64,000 nt of DNA from the NCBI GenBank assembly GCA_965223545.1, contig OZ245006.1, positions 1,760,001-1,824,000 of the forward strand. The letters are read 5' to 3'. The position numbers were made by a program, and so were the translations under genes. The notes beneath the pieces were generated by a model that was given only the letters and a program-made list of their open reading frames with translations, had not been told where the DNA came from and ran no database searches. This DNA is from Planctomycetota bacterium (GTDB lineage Bacteria; Planctomycetota; UBA1135; UBA2386). This document shows positions 35,399-45,290 of the stretch, in pieces (the stretch's first letter is position 1; the number at the start of each line of letters is the position of its first letter).

Positions 35399-35728
35399 AT
35401 GTCGAAGCGAGCAAGTCGTCGCCGTGAGATCCGGCAGGTTCTCGCGCTCCGCGAGCAGGAAGGGTTTTCGCTGCGTGCGCTCTCGGAGCGGTTCGGTATC
35501 CCGATCGGGACGCTGAGTTGGTGGTCGCATCGGTTGCGATCGGAGGAGAGCACTGGGTTCGCGGAGGTCCGAGTCGTCGATCGCGATGGTCGGGGCCGGA
35601 CGAGTAACGACGAGGGCGAGAGCTCGAGCCTTGTGCGGCTCAGGTTCCCGGCGGGCGTCGTCGCGGAGTTCGAGGGCGCGATTGCTCAAGACATCGCGTA
35701 CCGCTTGCTGGACTCTGTGGCCGACTGA
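35399..35728 (+). CDS. tnpA: IS66 accessory protein TnpA
   Basis: HTH (SLRALSERFGIPIGTLSWW), FAEVRV, first ORF after IRL. Confidence 0.85.
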   Translation: MSKRASRRREIRQVLALREQEGFSLRALSERFGIPIGTLSWWSHRLRSEESTGFAEVRVVDRDGRGRTSNDEGESSSLVRLRFPAGVVAEFEGAIAQDIAYRLLDSVAD

Positions 35729-36141
35729 TGCTGGCCTTCCCAGCGGGCGTGCGCGTGTACGTCGCCAACGAGCCAACCGACATGAGGAAGTCGTTCGACG
35801 GGCTGAGCGCGATCGTCCAGCACAGCTTTCATCGGGATCCGTTCGATGGCGACGTCTTCGCGTTCTTCAACCGGCGTCGCGATCGCGTGAAGATCTTGTT
35901 CTGGGATCGCAACGGTTTCTGGATCTCGATGAAGCGACTCGAGCGCGGCACGTTTGACAGTTGGCGTCCCAAGAGCGGCGACGCCACACATGTCGAAGTC
36001 GAGCGCGCACAGCTCGTGATGTTGCTCGAAGGGATTGATCTGAAATCCGCCAAGTTTCGTCGGCATTACTCGCGCTCTGTTCGTATCAATGGTCGCGATG
36101 GGCGGTCGCAAGCAAACGGTCAACGTCGACGCACTGGATGA
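35728..36141 (+). CDS. tnpB: IS66 accessory protein TnpB
   Basis: PTDMRKSFDGL...FNRRRDRVKILFWD.NG...KRLERGTF. Confidence 0.95.
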   Translation: MLAFPAGVRVYVANEPTDMRKSFDGLSAIVQHSFHRDPFDGDVFAFFNRRRDRVKILFWDRNGFWISMKRLERGTFDSWRPKSGDATHVEVERAQLVMLLEGIDLKSAKFRRHYSRSVRINGRDGRSQANGQRRRTG

Positions 36142-37711
36142 GGCGCAGCTACGTGCCTTGATCCCGGATCTGCTCACGCAGATCTCGTCGCTGAAGTCGC
36201 AGATGTCCGACCTTCAGCGCATGCTGTTCGGTCGCCGCTCGGAGAAGAGCCGCTACATCGACCCGCGACAGCTGCTGCCGTTCGCGCAAGAGGCTGTAGA
36301 GGAAGCGGGAGCCGACGCCAAGGCGGCCGAAGAAGAGGCCGAAGAGATCACCGTCCCCGAGCACAAGCGCAAGCGCACCAAGCGACGCAAGGACTTCCCA
36401 GAGCATCTTCCGCGGCAACGCTCCGTATTCACGATCGAGGGCGAGGACCTGCTGTGCCCTTGCTGCGGCAACGGCCGTCGGGAGTTCGGCGAAGAGGTCT
36501 CGCAGGAGCTCGAGCGCATCGAGCTCTCGTTCGTCCACCAGATCGTGAGGAAGAAGTACTCCTGCGCGACCTGTCAGGGCTACGTCGTCGTCGCCGCGGG
36601 CCCCACCCGAGTCCTCGACAAAAGCATCCTCGGCCCCGGCTTCCTTGCGCAGATCATCTTCGACCGCTTTGCCAACCACATGCCGTACGCGCGGTTGGAG
36701 AAGAAGTACGCAGCCGAGGGGCTCAGCCTGTCGCGTAGCGTCCTATGCACTTCGGCGATGCGCTGTGCCGAGCTCCTGAAGCCCGTGTTCGATGCCCATG
36801 TCGAGCAAGTTCTCGAGAGCCTCGACACCTCCGTCCTGCAGGTGGACGACACCTACGGCAACCAGCGCAACGGCCGAAACCCCGGACAGAAAAAGATCCA
36901 CGTGTGGGCGTGGCGCGATCAACACGCCGGGGTTTTCTACACCGCTACGGACTCACGCAATCGCGGCAGCCCCAAAGAGGTCTTGGGCGACCGCGGTGGT
37001 CGGTTGCAGTGCGATGGCCATGACTGCTACAGCGATCTCGATCCAACCAGCATCGCGCGCATCGGATGCTGGGCACACCTTCGTCGCTACTTCGTGAATG
37101 CGCGGAAGCTCGGCGACTCGACCACGGAGAAGGCTCTGGGCTGGATCGGCAAGCTGTTCGCGATCGAGAGCGTCGCCAAGAAGGGCAAAGATGGTCGACC
37201 CTTCACGGATGACGAGCTGGTCGAGGTCCGTCAGCGCGACTCTCGCCCGATTGCGAACGCGCTCAAGGCTTGGCTCGAGCAGATGCACATCGACCAGCCG
37301 AGCCTCCCGAAGGGGCCGCTCATGGAGGGAGTTCGCTACGGGCTCAACCAGTGGCCTGCTCTCGAGCGCTTCCTGACCGATGGCCGCATCCGCGAGATCT
37401 CGAACAACGGTTGCGAGCGTGCTCTGCGTGCAGTCGTGATCGGCAAGAAGAACTGGCTCTTCTTCGGATCCGAGGACGGCACCCAAGCTTCACTCATCCT
37501 CTTGAGTCTCGTCCAGTCGTGTCGAGAGCATGGCATCAGCCCGCTGCTCTACCTGCGGGATGTGCTTCACGCGATCTCGACCACTCCTGCCTCCCAGGTC
37601 GGTCAGCTGACTCCGCGTGGCTGGATGCTGGGACGGCAACGGCGTGCCCAGATCGCCAAAGCCGACAACGCGATCGACAACATCGTGCGTCAGTTGTTCG
37701 TGGGCTCGTAG
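36089..37711 (+). CDS. tnpC: IS66 transposase TnpC
   Basis: FGRRSEK, CPCCG, QVDDT, LQCDG, GCWAHLRRYF, SNNGCERALR, GKKNWLF. Confidence 0.96.
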   Translation: MVAMGGRKQTVNVDALDEAQLRALIPDLLTQISSLKSQMSDLQRMLFGRRSEKSRYIDPRQLLPFAQEAVEEAGADAKAAEEEAEEITVPEHKRKRTKRRKDFPEHLPRQRSVFTIEGEDLLCPCCGNGRREFGEEVSQELERIELSFVHQIVRKKYSCATCQGYVVVAAGPTRVLDKSILGPGFLAQIIFDRFANHMPYARLEKKYAAEGLSLSRSVLCTSAMRCAELLKPVFDAHVEQVLESLDTSVLQVDDTYGNQRNGRNPGQKKIHVWAWRDQHAGVFYTATDSRNRGSPKEVLGDRGGRLQCDGHDCYSDLDPTSIARIGCWAHLRRYFVNARKLGDSTTEKALGWIGKLFAIESVAKKGKDGRPFTDDELVEVRQRDSRPIANALKAWLEQMHIDQPSLPKGPLMEGVRYGLNQWPALERFLTDGRIREISNNGCERALRAVVIGKKNWLFFGSEDGTQASLILLSLVQSCREHGISPLLYLRDVLHAISTTPASQVGQLTPRGWMLGRQRRAQIAKADNAIDNIVRQLFVGS

Positions 37712-37832
37712 CCCAGCCAGCTACGGACGGTCACCGTCGTGGCCGGCGCCGGTGCCGACACCCGGTGGCCGAAGTTTCTGTTCATGCGCCGGTTCGGCGC
37801 GGCGCGAAGAACGTGCGTGCCGGAACAGTTAC

Positions 37833-38063
37833 CGACTGCACCACTTCCGGTTGGTCACGACCGAACCGTTTCCGATAGAGGTGCTCGAGGTATTCCGGCA
37901 GCGGTGCCTTCCAGGGTTGCTGATCGTGGTTGTCCAGCTTCCCGAGGTTCTTTGGACTCAGGCCCAGCTCGCGAGCCATCTGCACGTGGGCATGCGATAG
38001 CCGGTGGCGCTTGCGGGCGGCGATCCAGTCGCGGGCCTTCTGGGGGAGCGGTCGGTTGGTCAT
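37833..38063 (-). pseudogene. N-terminal part of a small conserved protein split by IS66 and inversion
   Basis: MTNRP...HRLSHAHVQMARELGLSP...WKAPLPEYLEHLYRKRFG..PEVVQS; continues at 52691-52788 on +. Confidence 0.88.
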
Positions 38064-39263
38064 GTGCGTCGTGTGGAGTGAGCGGCTGGCGATCGTACGG
38101 GTGGATCGGCGACGGCCTGGAGTGATGACCAGATGAACGGGTTCTGCGCGGGAGGAGGCGCCAAATCAAGTGCTGGCGCGTAGTTCGGGCCATGCCAGTC
38201 GGTTCGGCCGCGACGGCAGGAGTTTTCCTGACCCGTGGCAGCGCGGCGCCCTCCGTCACCCCCTCCAACGTCGAAGGTCGTCGCGCGGAAGAGCTGCGCG
38301 CAGTTGCACGCGGACCGCTCTCAGAGTTGCTGCGAGCGCAGATCGGCTTTGTTACGGTCGTGCTCGACACGATGCCCCCGGATCCTGCGGTGTGGATGGG
38401 GATCGCCCGGTTGGCAGACGCCGCTGCGCAGGACGTGCGAGGGTCCATCGTACGTTGCCACAGCATCTGGCTAGGCTTGCGCGCCACGACGCCGCTCCCG
38501 ATTACATGCTGCCGTGGTTGGCGCGTGTTGAGGTGAGGTAGCCGTGCAGAGTGGCGGGACAATCACCGTCAGCACCGAGACCGTCGCGGAAGGTGGAGAA
38601 GTGCAGGTCGAGTACTCCGGCACAGGAAACGTTCAGTATCGAGTCAACGACGGGGAGTGGCAGGACCTACCTACCCCACCGCTTATTATTGCAAGTGTAG
38701 GCTTGCGTCCGTCGGACGTAAGCCCGGACTTGCTCACCTGCAAGCGGCCCGGATTGGAGAGAAGGCAGAACCAAACAGGAGGCCATTATGGCACATCCAA
38801 CACAACGACAGCAACCCAGAGTGCAGCAGCTATGTCAGCGCAAGCAGCTGGCGCCGCAACACGACTACTATTGGAAGGAGACGCTACTATCGCGCCCAAC
38901 TTCCGGCGTGATAATCAGCGTTAAGCGCCGTGTCAGTCGCCGAGTTCCGCGTACGGTCTCGGTCGCGCCTTCTTTCGGCGCGGCACTGTGCCTGATTGCA
39001 TTCGCTGCGGCGGGCTCTCTGCTCCTGCAAGAAGTGCTGCAACAGCTCAAGTAGGCTGCTGTTCCGTGGGGAGGTTCAGAGCGCTCCCCTCTCTCTTGGT
39101 TCGTCTCGTGAGAGGCGACCTCGCGTTCGGGCGGGGCCGACCTTGCTCGTCTGAGGCGGCCCGCGACACCTCGGAAATTATTGCCGAACAGACTTGCCTT
39201 TCGGCGCCCCCTGAGGTACAGGGTCGTGGCCCCCCAGGTTAGCTATGCCCAATAGGAGGCATC

Positions 39264-40778
39264 ATGCCCCGAAAGCGTGACGTCGCGTTTCTGGTTGTTG
39301 TTTCTGCCGCAGCAGGTTCTATTTCGTCGGATTTCAGACGTGGCCCCACGGCGAATTTGTTCGCCACCGATATCCGCACCAGCACAATCGTAGTCAGCGC
39401 CTCTAACTCCAAGAACTCTCTGGAATCCGATTTCCAGTGCCCACCGCCTCCGGCGGACTCCGCCCCGCAGGTCGCTGCTGCAATCAAGGCGCTTGCAACG
39501 GTCGGAGGTGCGGGAACTAACACCGGACGCATCGTGTTTCTCGACGGCGACTATCAGTTTAACTCGACGGTAGACATTCGCCTGGACAACCCTGGCGGAA
39601 CACCTCCAGCGAATGAGGTTTGGGGATTCGCGGGAGAACTCACGCTAGAGGGGCAGTCCGTGCCTGCTGATCTTGATTTTAGCAACAGTGCACCGGCGGG
39701 GCTCCGCCTCGGCTCCACAGTGTTCAGCCTTGGTGCCGATGTCCCCATGTTCAAGTTTCACGCTCCGGATGATCCTGGCGGCAAGCCTCCAAAAGATCTG
39801 CACAACCGGATTAACCGAGTGGCCCTAAAAGGGCTCACGTTCCTTGGGGGGCGTAGGGACGCGAAAGTTCTACACTTCATAAATTGTGCAAAAGTGGAAA
39901 TCGATGACTGCGGGTTCGTGGAGTGTGCTCCAGCCATTTACAATGAGGATGGCTGGGATTTCCAGACCACTCGTTGTGGCTTCGGGGACTGCGGGGACAG
40001 CACCACTACCAACGGCCAGTTTCATAGGGCGGCTGTCGTTGGTATCGGTACGTCGCCTGACCGGCCCGGAGTAGCTTATTGGAGAATAAGCGAGTGTACA
40101 TGGCAGAATAGACTCGGTCCCGGCATTTTTTCTTCTAGGCTGAACGTAAGCCAGCAGCAGCTGCCACCGGGTTCGATTTACCTAGTGAACAGCAAGTTCG
40201 AGGATTTCGGGGTTGGCGCGGACGCGTGGCCTTGCTTCGTTGGCGAAGTTTCTCACGGGAGAATAGCGGGAAACCGGTTCTTCTTTGCCAAAAACGTCGG
40301 GGGATCCTCTCCGGAATTGGGTACTCTAGTTTACCTGAATTCGGGGTCAAGGTTCTGTCAAATCCAAGACAACCAGTTCTTGGAACCAGGGGATGACTCG
40401 ACACCTACAACGCCAGCCACAGTTACGACCCACCCTGCCCTGAGCATTGGTGGTTCCGACCATGTGATCACGGGTAATTTCTTCAAGACCAAGTACCCAG
40501 CAACAGCGGTGGTCCCATTTATTGAGCTACGAAGCAGTGCTAGTGGTGCTGTTGTTTTCAACAATATGGCGACTGACAACGATGGGGTTGGAACGAGGAG
40601 GTACAGGAATTTGATAACACAGCTGCCCAATGGGGCTGGACAAGACATGACGATTCTGGACCTCCAAGCGGAGGACGCAATCGTCTCCAGTGGACCCGAG
40701 CTCTTGCTTGATGGCTGGCTGGCGGTGAGGCTCCGTGCCTCTGGCGGCGACAAGCGGTTTATCCCACTTTACAAGTAG
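39264..40778 (+). CDS. Pectin-lyase-like right-handed beta-helix protein
   Basis: GGAGG RBS; IVVSASNS...QVAAAIKAL...GRIVFLDGDY; repeated I.GN.F / I.DN.F rungs; AT-richer codon usage. Confidence 0.75.
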   Translation: MPRKRDVAFLVVVSAAAGSISSDFRRGPTANLFATDIRTSTIVVSASNSKNSLESDFQCPPPPADSAPQVAAAIKALATVGGAGTNTGRIVFLDGDYQFNSTVDIRLDNPGGTPPANEVWGFAGELTLEGQSVPADLDFSNSAPAGLRLGSTVFSLGADVPMFKFHAPDDPGGKPPKDLHNRINRVALKGLTFLGGRRDAKVLHFINCAKVEIDDCGFVECAPAIYNEDGWDFQTTRCGFGDCGDSTTTNGQFHRAAVVGIGTSPDRPGVAYWRISECTWQNRLGPGIFSSRLNVSQQQLPPGSIYLVNSKFEDFGVGADAWPCFVGEVSHGRIAGNRFFFAKNVGGSSPELGTLVYLNSGSRFCQIQDNQFLEPGDDSTPTTPATVTTHPALSIGGSDHVITGNFFKTKYPATAVVPFIELRSSASGAVVFNNMATDNDGVGTRRYRNLITQLPNGAGQDMTILDLQAEDAIVSSGPELLLDGWLAVRLRASGGDKRFIPLYK

Positions 40779-40782
40779 AGCG

Positions 40783-41856
40783 ATGTCTGGCCAACTCCCT
40801 TCATGGGGCGTCGATTCTGTTCCTGACGACGATCCCCGCCTCTCGGAGTTTTCTACCGAAGCTCTCTGCGGTGAACTCATCGCACGGCTTTCCAGCAAGG
40901 AGGTTACGAGTGGTGTATCATGGGAGCTGAAACCCTTCATCGATACAGCAGCGGCGCTCTTAGAGAGACCGACAAACAGACTCTCTCCTCGTCGAATTGG
41001 TCGAGATTTCCGAGGAACGTACAAAGCCCTGGGGGACAGCGGCTATTCTCTAAGTGGGAGGACAGTTCTTGACCTGGGGTGTGGGTCCTGGAACCCCGGT
41101 GGCCTGTCAATGCTGCACATTATGTTGGGGGCGACGCGTGCGTATGCTGTGGATACTAGTCGTCCAAAACACGAGCCTCGGGCAGCGCGAGCGCTAGCGG
41201 ATTTGATCGCCGCGATGCTGCTGCACCCGACATCGGTTGTGGGTGGGTACGCCATAAGCCGGTTTGAGGTTTTGCAGAACCTCCGTAGCTTTGGTGTGGA
41301 CAGGCTTGCCCAAGGGGATGTTGCTGGAATCGATGGGGAAAAGCTGTGCTGGAGATGTGCTGATGCCGCGGACCTACCGATACGTGATGGTGAGGTGGAC
41401 TTGGCGGTGTCGCACGCGTTCTTGGAGCATGTGCTTGAGCCTGACAGTGTGGTTGGAGAGTTGTCGCGAGTGACTTCTGCGGGTGGGTTTGGTGTTCACT
41501 TGGTCGACGCTACGGATCACAGGCGATACCAGGACAGGAATGTACACCCATTGGATTACTTGTCTCATGAGGCTTCTAATGCCGCAGGAGATGTTACCGA
41601 TTTGCCAGGCAAGCCCTGGCGAGTGCGTCAGAATCGCGTACGTCCACGTGAGTGGATAACGAAGTTCGAGTCTGGCGGGTTCACGGTAACCAGATACGAG
41701 CCGAAAGAGGTGATCAACGTCGACGACGAATTCAGGCGGAAGCTCGTGTCGCCGTATTGCGATATGGCATCCTCCGACCTTGGGGAAATCATTGCGCGGA
41801 TCACGGTGAAAAAAAATAAGGCGGGAAACTCGAGGGCCAACAGTGAGTATGGCTAG
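40783..41856 (+). CDS. Class I SAM-dependent methyltransferase
   Basis: VLDLGCGS, DAADLPIRDGEVDLAVSHAFLEHV, GVHLVDATDHR, QNRVRP. Confidence 0.85.
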   Translation: MSGQLPSWGVDSVPDDDPRLSEFSTEALCGELIARLSSKEVTSGVSWELKPFIDTAAALLERPTNRLSPRRIGRDFRGTYKALGDSGYSLSGRTVLDLGCGSWNPGGLSMLHIMLGATRAYAVDTSRPKHEPRAARALADLIAAMLLHPTSVVGGYAISRFEVLQNLRSFGVDRLAQGDVAGIDGEKLCWRCADAADLPIRDGEVDLAVSHAFLEHVLEPDSVVGELSRVTSAGGFGVHLVDATDHRRYQDRNVHPLDYLSHEASNAAGDVTDLPGKPWRVRQNRVRPREWITKFESGGFTVTRYEPKEVINVDDEFRRKLVSPYCDMASSDLGEIIARITVKKNKAGNSRANSEYG

Positions 41857-42084
41857 CCAGAGGCCGGGTCCGGTGATTGGGCCCAAGAAGTTTCTCGGAC
41901 ATCCGGGAACCGGTTGTAGGCGCTGCGGGAGCCGGGCAGGCCGCTGCCTCTCAGCCGGTCGTGGGACGACCGCGTGAGGAACCATAACCAGCTCAGCTTG
42001 ACCGATTTGAAACCAGAGGCATGCCGATGGCCGCTCGTGGCGCGCGCTCGGCTACCGCTCCAACCGCCAGAGTCCCGCGGAGCC

Positions 42085-42536
42085 ACATTGTTTGGAGACA
42101 CTCCGAGCTCCTTGGCGAGCTTCCGTGAGCTCCAGTGCGTACAACCTCGCGGTTTCTCGTGCAGTGTGACGTCCACGATCCGCTCGACGTCGGCGTCGGT
42201 CACCGTGCGCGGACGCCCGACGCGGGGCTCGTCCAAGAGGCCGTCGAGTCGTTGCTCAACGAAGCGCTTGCGCCACTTGCCGACCATTGCCTGGCTGACA
42301 CCAAGTTCTTCCGCAACATGCTGGTTCTCCGCACCCGTGGCACATCGCAGAACGATCTTCGCCCGAATCGCGGATGCCGCACTACCAGACCGACGCCGTA
42401 CGAGGCGCTGCAGCACGCCCCGTTCGTCGTCCGTGAGCTTCAGAACCGCCTTCGGTCTACCCATCGCGCCCATGCGAACAGATACGGAACGACCGCTGTG
42501 AAACTAATCACCCGAACTTTTGGCTCGACCCACTAG
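42085..42536 (-). pseudogene. Truncated IS630-family element (left end and HTH part of transposase)
   Basis: RAKIVL...VGKWRKRF....LDGLLDEPRVGRPR...THWSSRKLA; no DDE domain; terminus at CTAG 42533-42536. Confidence 0.85.
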
Positions 42537-42541
42537 GTGAC

Positions 42542-42743
42542 TCAGTAGGGAATTCTGTGTGACGCGCTCTGCTTTGTGGAGCGGGCGGTCTTGATGTAGC
42601 CCTCGGTGGTCTTGAGCTGCTTGTGCCCAAGCAGCAAGCAGCTTCTGATTGTCCTTGGTTGGAACCCCAGCCTCATCGAGTTGGGTTGCGGGTTGCGGTC
42701 GTCGCCCGGAGTGAATGGGGGGGTGTACTGTAAGCGTTGCAGC
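42542..42743 (-). pseudogene. Tyrosine recombinase/integrase C-terminal relic
   Basis: Removing two 7-bp tandem duplications gives HSLRATTATQLDEAGVPTKDNQKLLGHKQLKTTEGYIK...stop (HxLR, LLGH and catalytic Y motifs). Confidence 0.82.
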
Positions 42744-42800
42744 GTAAGCGTCCGGTGAAGGCATCTCGAAAGCCGCTGGCGGATCGGCAGGATGCGGCGG

Positions 42801-43136
42801 ATGACGAAGAGAATCCCCGTGTGGGCTCGAGCGGAGATGCGCGAGCTACTTCAAGAGCTGGACACCTCAGGCGTGACGGTCGCCGAGTTCGCGCGCCGGC
42901 GTGGCGTCAACGCAAACCGCATCTACTGGGCAAGGCGGCAAGCCCGAGCTGCGGCGGCGCCTACGTCCGCGCCGGCGGTGTCGGACTTCGGTGAGCTGGT
43001 GGTCGCCGCAGACCCGTCTCCGCGACGAGCAGCGGCCATTGAGTTGCGGGTGCCGTCGGGCGCGGTTGTCGATGTGCAGCGCGACTTCGACGAAGCGACG
43101 CTCCGACGGCTGCTCGGAGTCCTGCTGCCATGCTGA
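42801..43136 (+). CDS. tnpA: IS66 accessory protein TnpA
   Basis: SGVTVAEFARRRGV...IYW...FGELVV...DFDEATLRRLL. Confidence 0.85.
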   Translation: MTKRIPVWARAEMRELLQELDTSGVTVAEFARRRGVNANRIYWARRQARAAAAPTSAPAVSDFGELVVAADPSPRRAAAIELRVPSGAVVDVQRDFDEATLRRLLGVLLPC

Positions 43137-43510
43137 GCTTTCCTCCCTCGCCGCAAGTCAAGATCTTCGTTTGCCGGAAGCCGGTGGACATGAGGAAGAG
43201 CTTCAGCGGTCTGTCCGGTGCGGTCATCGACGTGGTCGACCACGACCCGCAATCTGGTCACCTCTTCCTCTTCTTCAACAAGCGCCGGACCATGATGAAG
43301 GCACTGGTGTGGGAGCCGTCTGGTTACTGGGTGCTGGCGAAGCGACTGACGAGCGGCCGCTTTCAGGTCTTCGATCGCTCGGCTGAGAACAACAGCCGAT
43401 TCGAGATTGCGAGTAGCGATCTCGCGCTCTTGTTGGACGGCATCGACCTCCGTGGCGCGCGACGCAGAGAAGTTCGCGATCAGGTGCTGCAACGACTGGC
43501 CGCGACTTGA
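43130..43510 (+). CDS. tnpB: IS66 accessory protein TnpB
   Basis: PVDMRKSFSGL...SGHLFLFFNKRR...KRLTSGRF...LLDGIDL. Confidence 0.95.
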   Translation: MLSFPPSPQVKIFVCRKPVDMRKSFSGLSGAVIDVVDHDPQSGHLFLFFNKRRTMMKALVWEPSGYWVLAKRLTSGRFQVFDRSAENNSRFEIASSDLALLLDGIDLRGARRREVRDQVLQRLAAT

Positions 43511-43540
43511 TCCGTCTCCGGTTTGTGTTAATCAGAGGGA

Positions 43541-45094
43541 GTGACGCCGCTCACGGACCTCGACGAAGCCAACTCGACGATCGTCAAGCTGCGCGCCGAG
43601 ATCGAGCGCCTTCGCGGGCAGCTCGAACTGATGAAGCAGCGCACGTTCGGACGGCGCCGCGAGCACATCAATCCGAACCAACTGCTGCTGTTCGAGGCCG
43701 GCGTCGCGCAGCTCGAAGAGCTGCAGAAGCAGGCGCAGGAAGCGGAGCAGTCGAGCGAACTCGCGAAGCCTGACCCGAAGAAGAAGCGGAAGCGCGGTCA
43801 CGGTCGCGGTCAGTTCGCCGAGCACCTGGATCGGCATGTCGTCGAGGTCGACGTGCCGGAAGCGGAGCGCTGCTGCCCCGAGTGCGGCGAAGCCATGCAC
43901 TGCATCGGGACTGACGTCACCGAGCGTGGCCACATCATCCCAGCGCGGTTGGTCGTGAAGCGCTACGTGCGCAACAAGTACGCGTGCCCGCACGGGCACA
44001 GGATGAAGATGGCGTCGATGCCTGCCGGCGTCGTCGAGAAGGCGAAGTACGAGCCCTCCGTCTACGCGCATCTCGTCACAGCGAAGTACGGCGACCACCT
44101 GCCGCTGAACCGCCTGCAGGGGATCTTCCGCCGCTTCGGGGCGCACGTCCCGAAGCAGACCATGTGGGACATGCTGGCGCGCTTCGACGAGATCGCGGCG
44201 CGTCCGATCCTGGCCGAGATGCGGCGCCAGCTGCTTCAAGAAGATGTTCTTCAAGCCGACGAGACCCCGATCAGGGTGCGACTGGAAGGCCAGAAGGGCA
44301 CCCGGCGCGGTGTGCTCTGGGCCTGGCGGAGCGCTCGCGGCAGCCCCAACGAGATGGTCGTGGCCGACTTCAGGGACAATCGATCCGCGAAGGGGCCCAA
44401 CGCTTTTCTCGGCGCGTGGTCCGGGACCTTGTTGACCGATGGCTACGACGGTGTGAACCCGAAAGCGCAGCAGAACGCGATCACGCGGGCTGGGTGCTGG
44501 GCGCACGCCCGTCGGAAGTTTCGGGATGCGCTCACTGCTGGTGCATCACGGGCTGGTTTGGCGCTGCGACCGATCCAGAGGCTTTTCTGGATCGAGCGCG
44601 CCGTACTGTCCCGAGCGAAGGACCGGAACCTGACCCGTGAAGCCCTCATCGAACTGCGTGAGACCGTTCGCAGCCGCAGATCCAAAGCGGTGCTCCACCG
44701 CCTCTACGAGATCGTGTTCAGCCTCCAAGAGGACCCGGCGACCGCGGGCAACGAGCTGCTTCGCAAGGCGGTGAGCTACGCCATCCGGCAGCGGAACCCG
44801 TTGCTCGCGCACCTCGACGACGGCCGGCTGCCGATCCACAACAACGACACCGAGCGTGACCTGCGCCACGTCGTGACCGGCCGGAAGAACTGGATGACGC
44901 TCGCCAGCGAGAAGGGTGGCAACGTGGCAGCTCGCCTCTACTCGATCGTGCTCAGCTGCAAGCTGGCGAAGGTCAACGTCGAGCGCTACCTCGAGGACGT
45001 CCTGGTCGCCGTCGCCACCACGCCGTCGTCGCGCATCGCCGAACTCACGCCCTGGGGATGGGCGAAGGCACGCGCTGCCGGCCAGTCCTGCTGA
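43541..45094 (+). CDS. tnpC: IS66 transposase TnpC
   Basis: KYGDHLPLNR, LQADETP, LLTDGY, GCWAHARRKF, HNNDTERDLR, GRKNW. Confidence 0.96.
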   Translation: MTPLTDLDEANSTIVKLRAEIERLRGQLELMKQRTFGRRREHINPNQLLLFEAGVAQLEELQKQAQEAEQSSELAKPDPKKKRKRGHGRGQFAEHLDRHVVEVDVPEAERCCPECGEAMHCIGTDVTERGHIIPARLVVKRYVRNKYACPHGHRMKMASMPAGVVEKAKYEPSVYAHLVTAKYGDHLPLNRLQGIFRRFGAHVPKQTMWDMLARFDEIAARPILAEMRRQLLQEDVLQADETPIRVRLEGQKGTRRGVLWAWRSARGSPNEMVVADFRDNRSAKGPNAFLGAWSGTLLTDGYDGVNPKAQQNAITRAGCWAHARRKFRDALTAGASRAGLALRPIQRLFWIERAVLSRAKDRNLTREALIELRETVRSRRSKAVLHRLYEIVFSLQEDPATAGNELLRKAVSYAIRQRNPLLAHLDDGRLPIHNNDTERDLRHVVTGRKNWMTLASEKGGNVAARLYSIVLSCKLAKVNVERYLEDVLVAVATTPSSRIAELTPWGWAKARAAGQSC

Positions 45095-45290
45095 GACGCG
45101 TCGGCGGTCGCTTTTCAACCGCTGGCCGCCATGGCGTCACCGGACGCTTACGTTGCAGCGTTGCGTCGTCCGGTTCTCCTACGGGCCATGGGTTGGGAGG
45201 TTCAGAGTTCAGAGCACTGGCGCGCAGGGTGGAGTGGCGACTTCGAATGTTCGAATGGGATAGATTTACCTACAGATACAGGTAGTCGAA

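Larger units (their letters stand above)
35342..37832 (+). mobile_element. IS66-family element A, copy 1 (2491 bp)
   Basis: IRs GTAACTGTTCCGGCA / TGCCGGAACAGTTAC; tnpA-tnpB-tnpC; flanks CGCAGATT and CGACTGCA do not match each other. Confidence 0.97.
42744..45151 (+). mobile_element. IS66-family element B (2408 bp) with intact 8-bp target duplication
   Basis: IRs GTAAGCGTCCGGTGA / TCACCGGACGCTTAC; TSD GTTGCAGC at 42736-42743 and 45152-45159. Confidence 0.97.

Noticed and set aside
35728..36141. TnpB as an RNA-guided nuclease
   Set aside because: This is the small IS66 accessory TnpB, unrelated to IS200/IS605 TnpB; no RuvC motifs
38192..39054. Small ORFs 38192-38536, 38544-38924 and 38788-39054
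   Set aside because: No recognisable motifs; 38544 looks truncated at the composition shift; 38788 has an RBS but no other support
42730..42737. GTAAGCGT just upstream of IS66-B as a second IS end
   Set aside because: Only 8 bp, no partner end found, and it lies within the integrase relic
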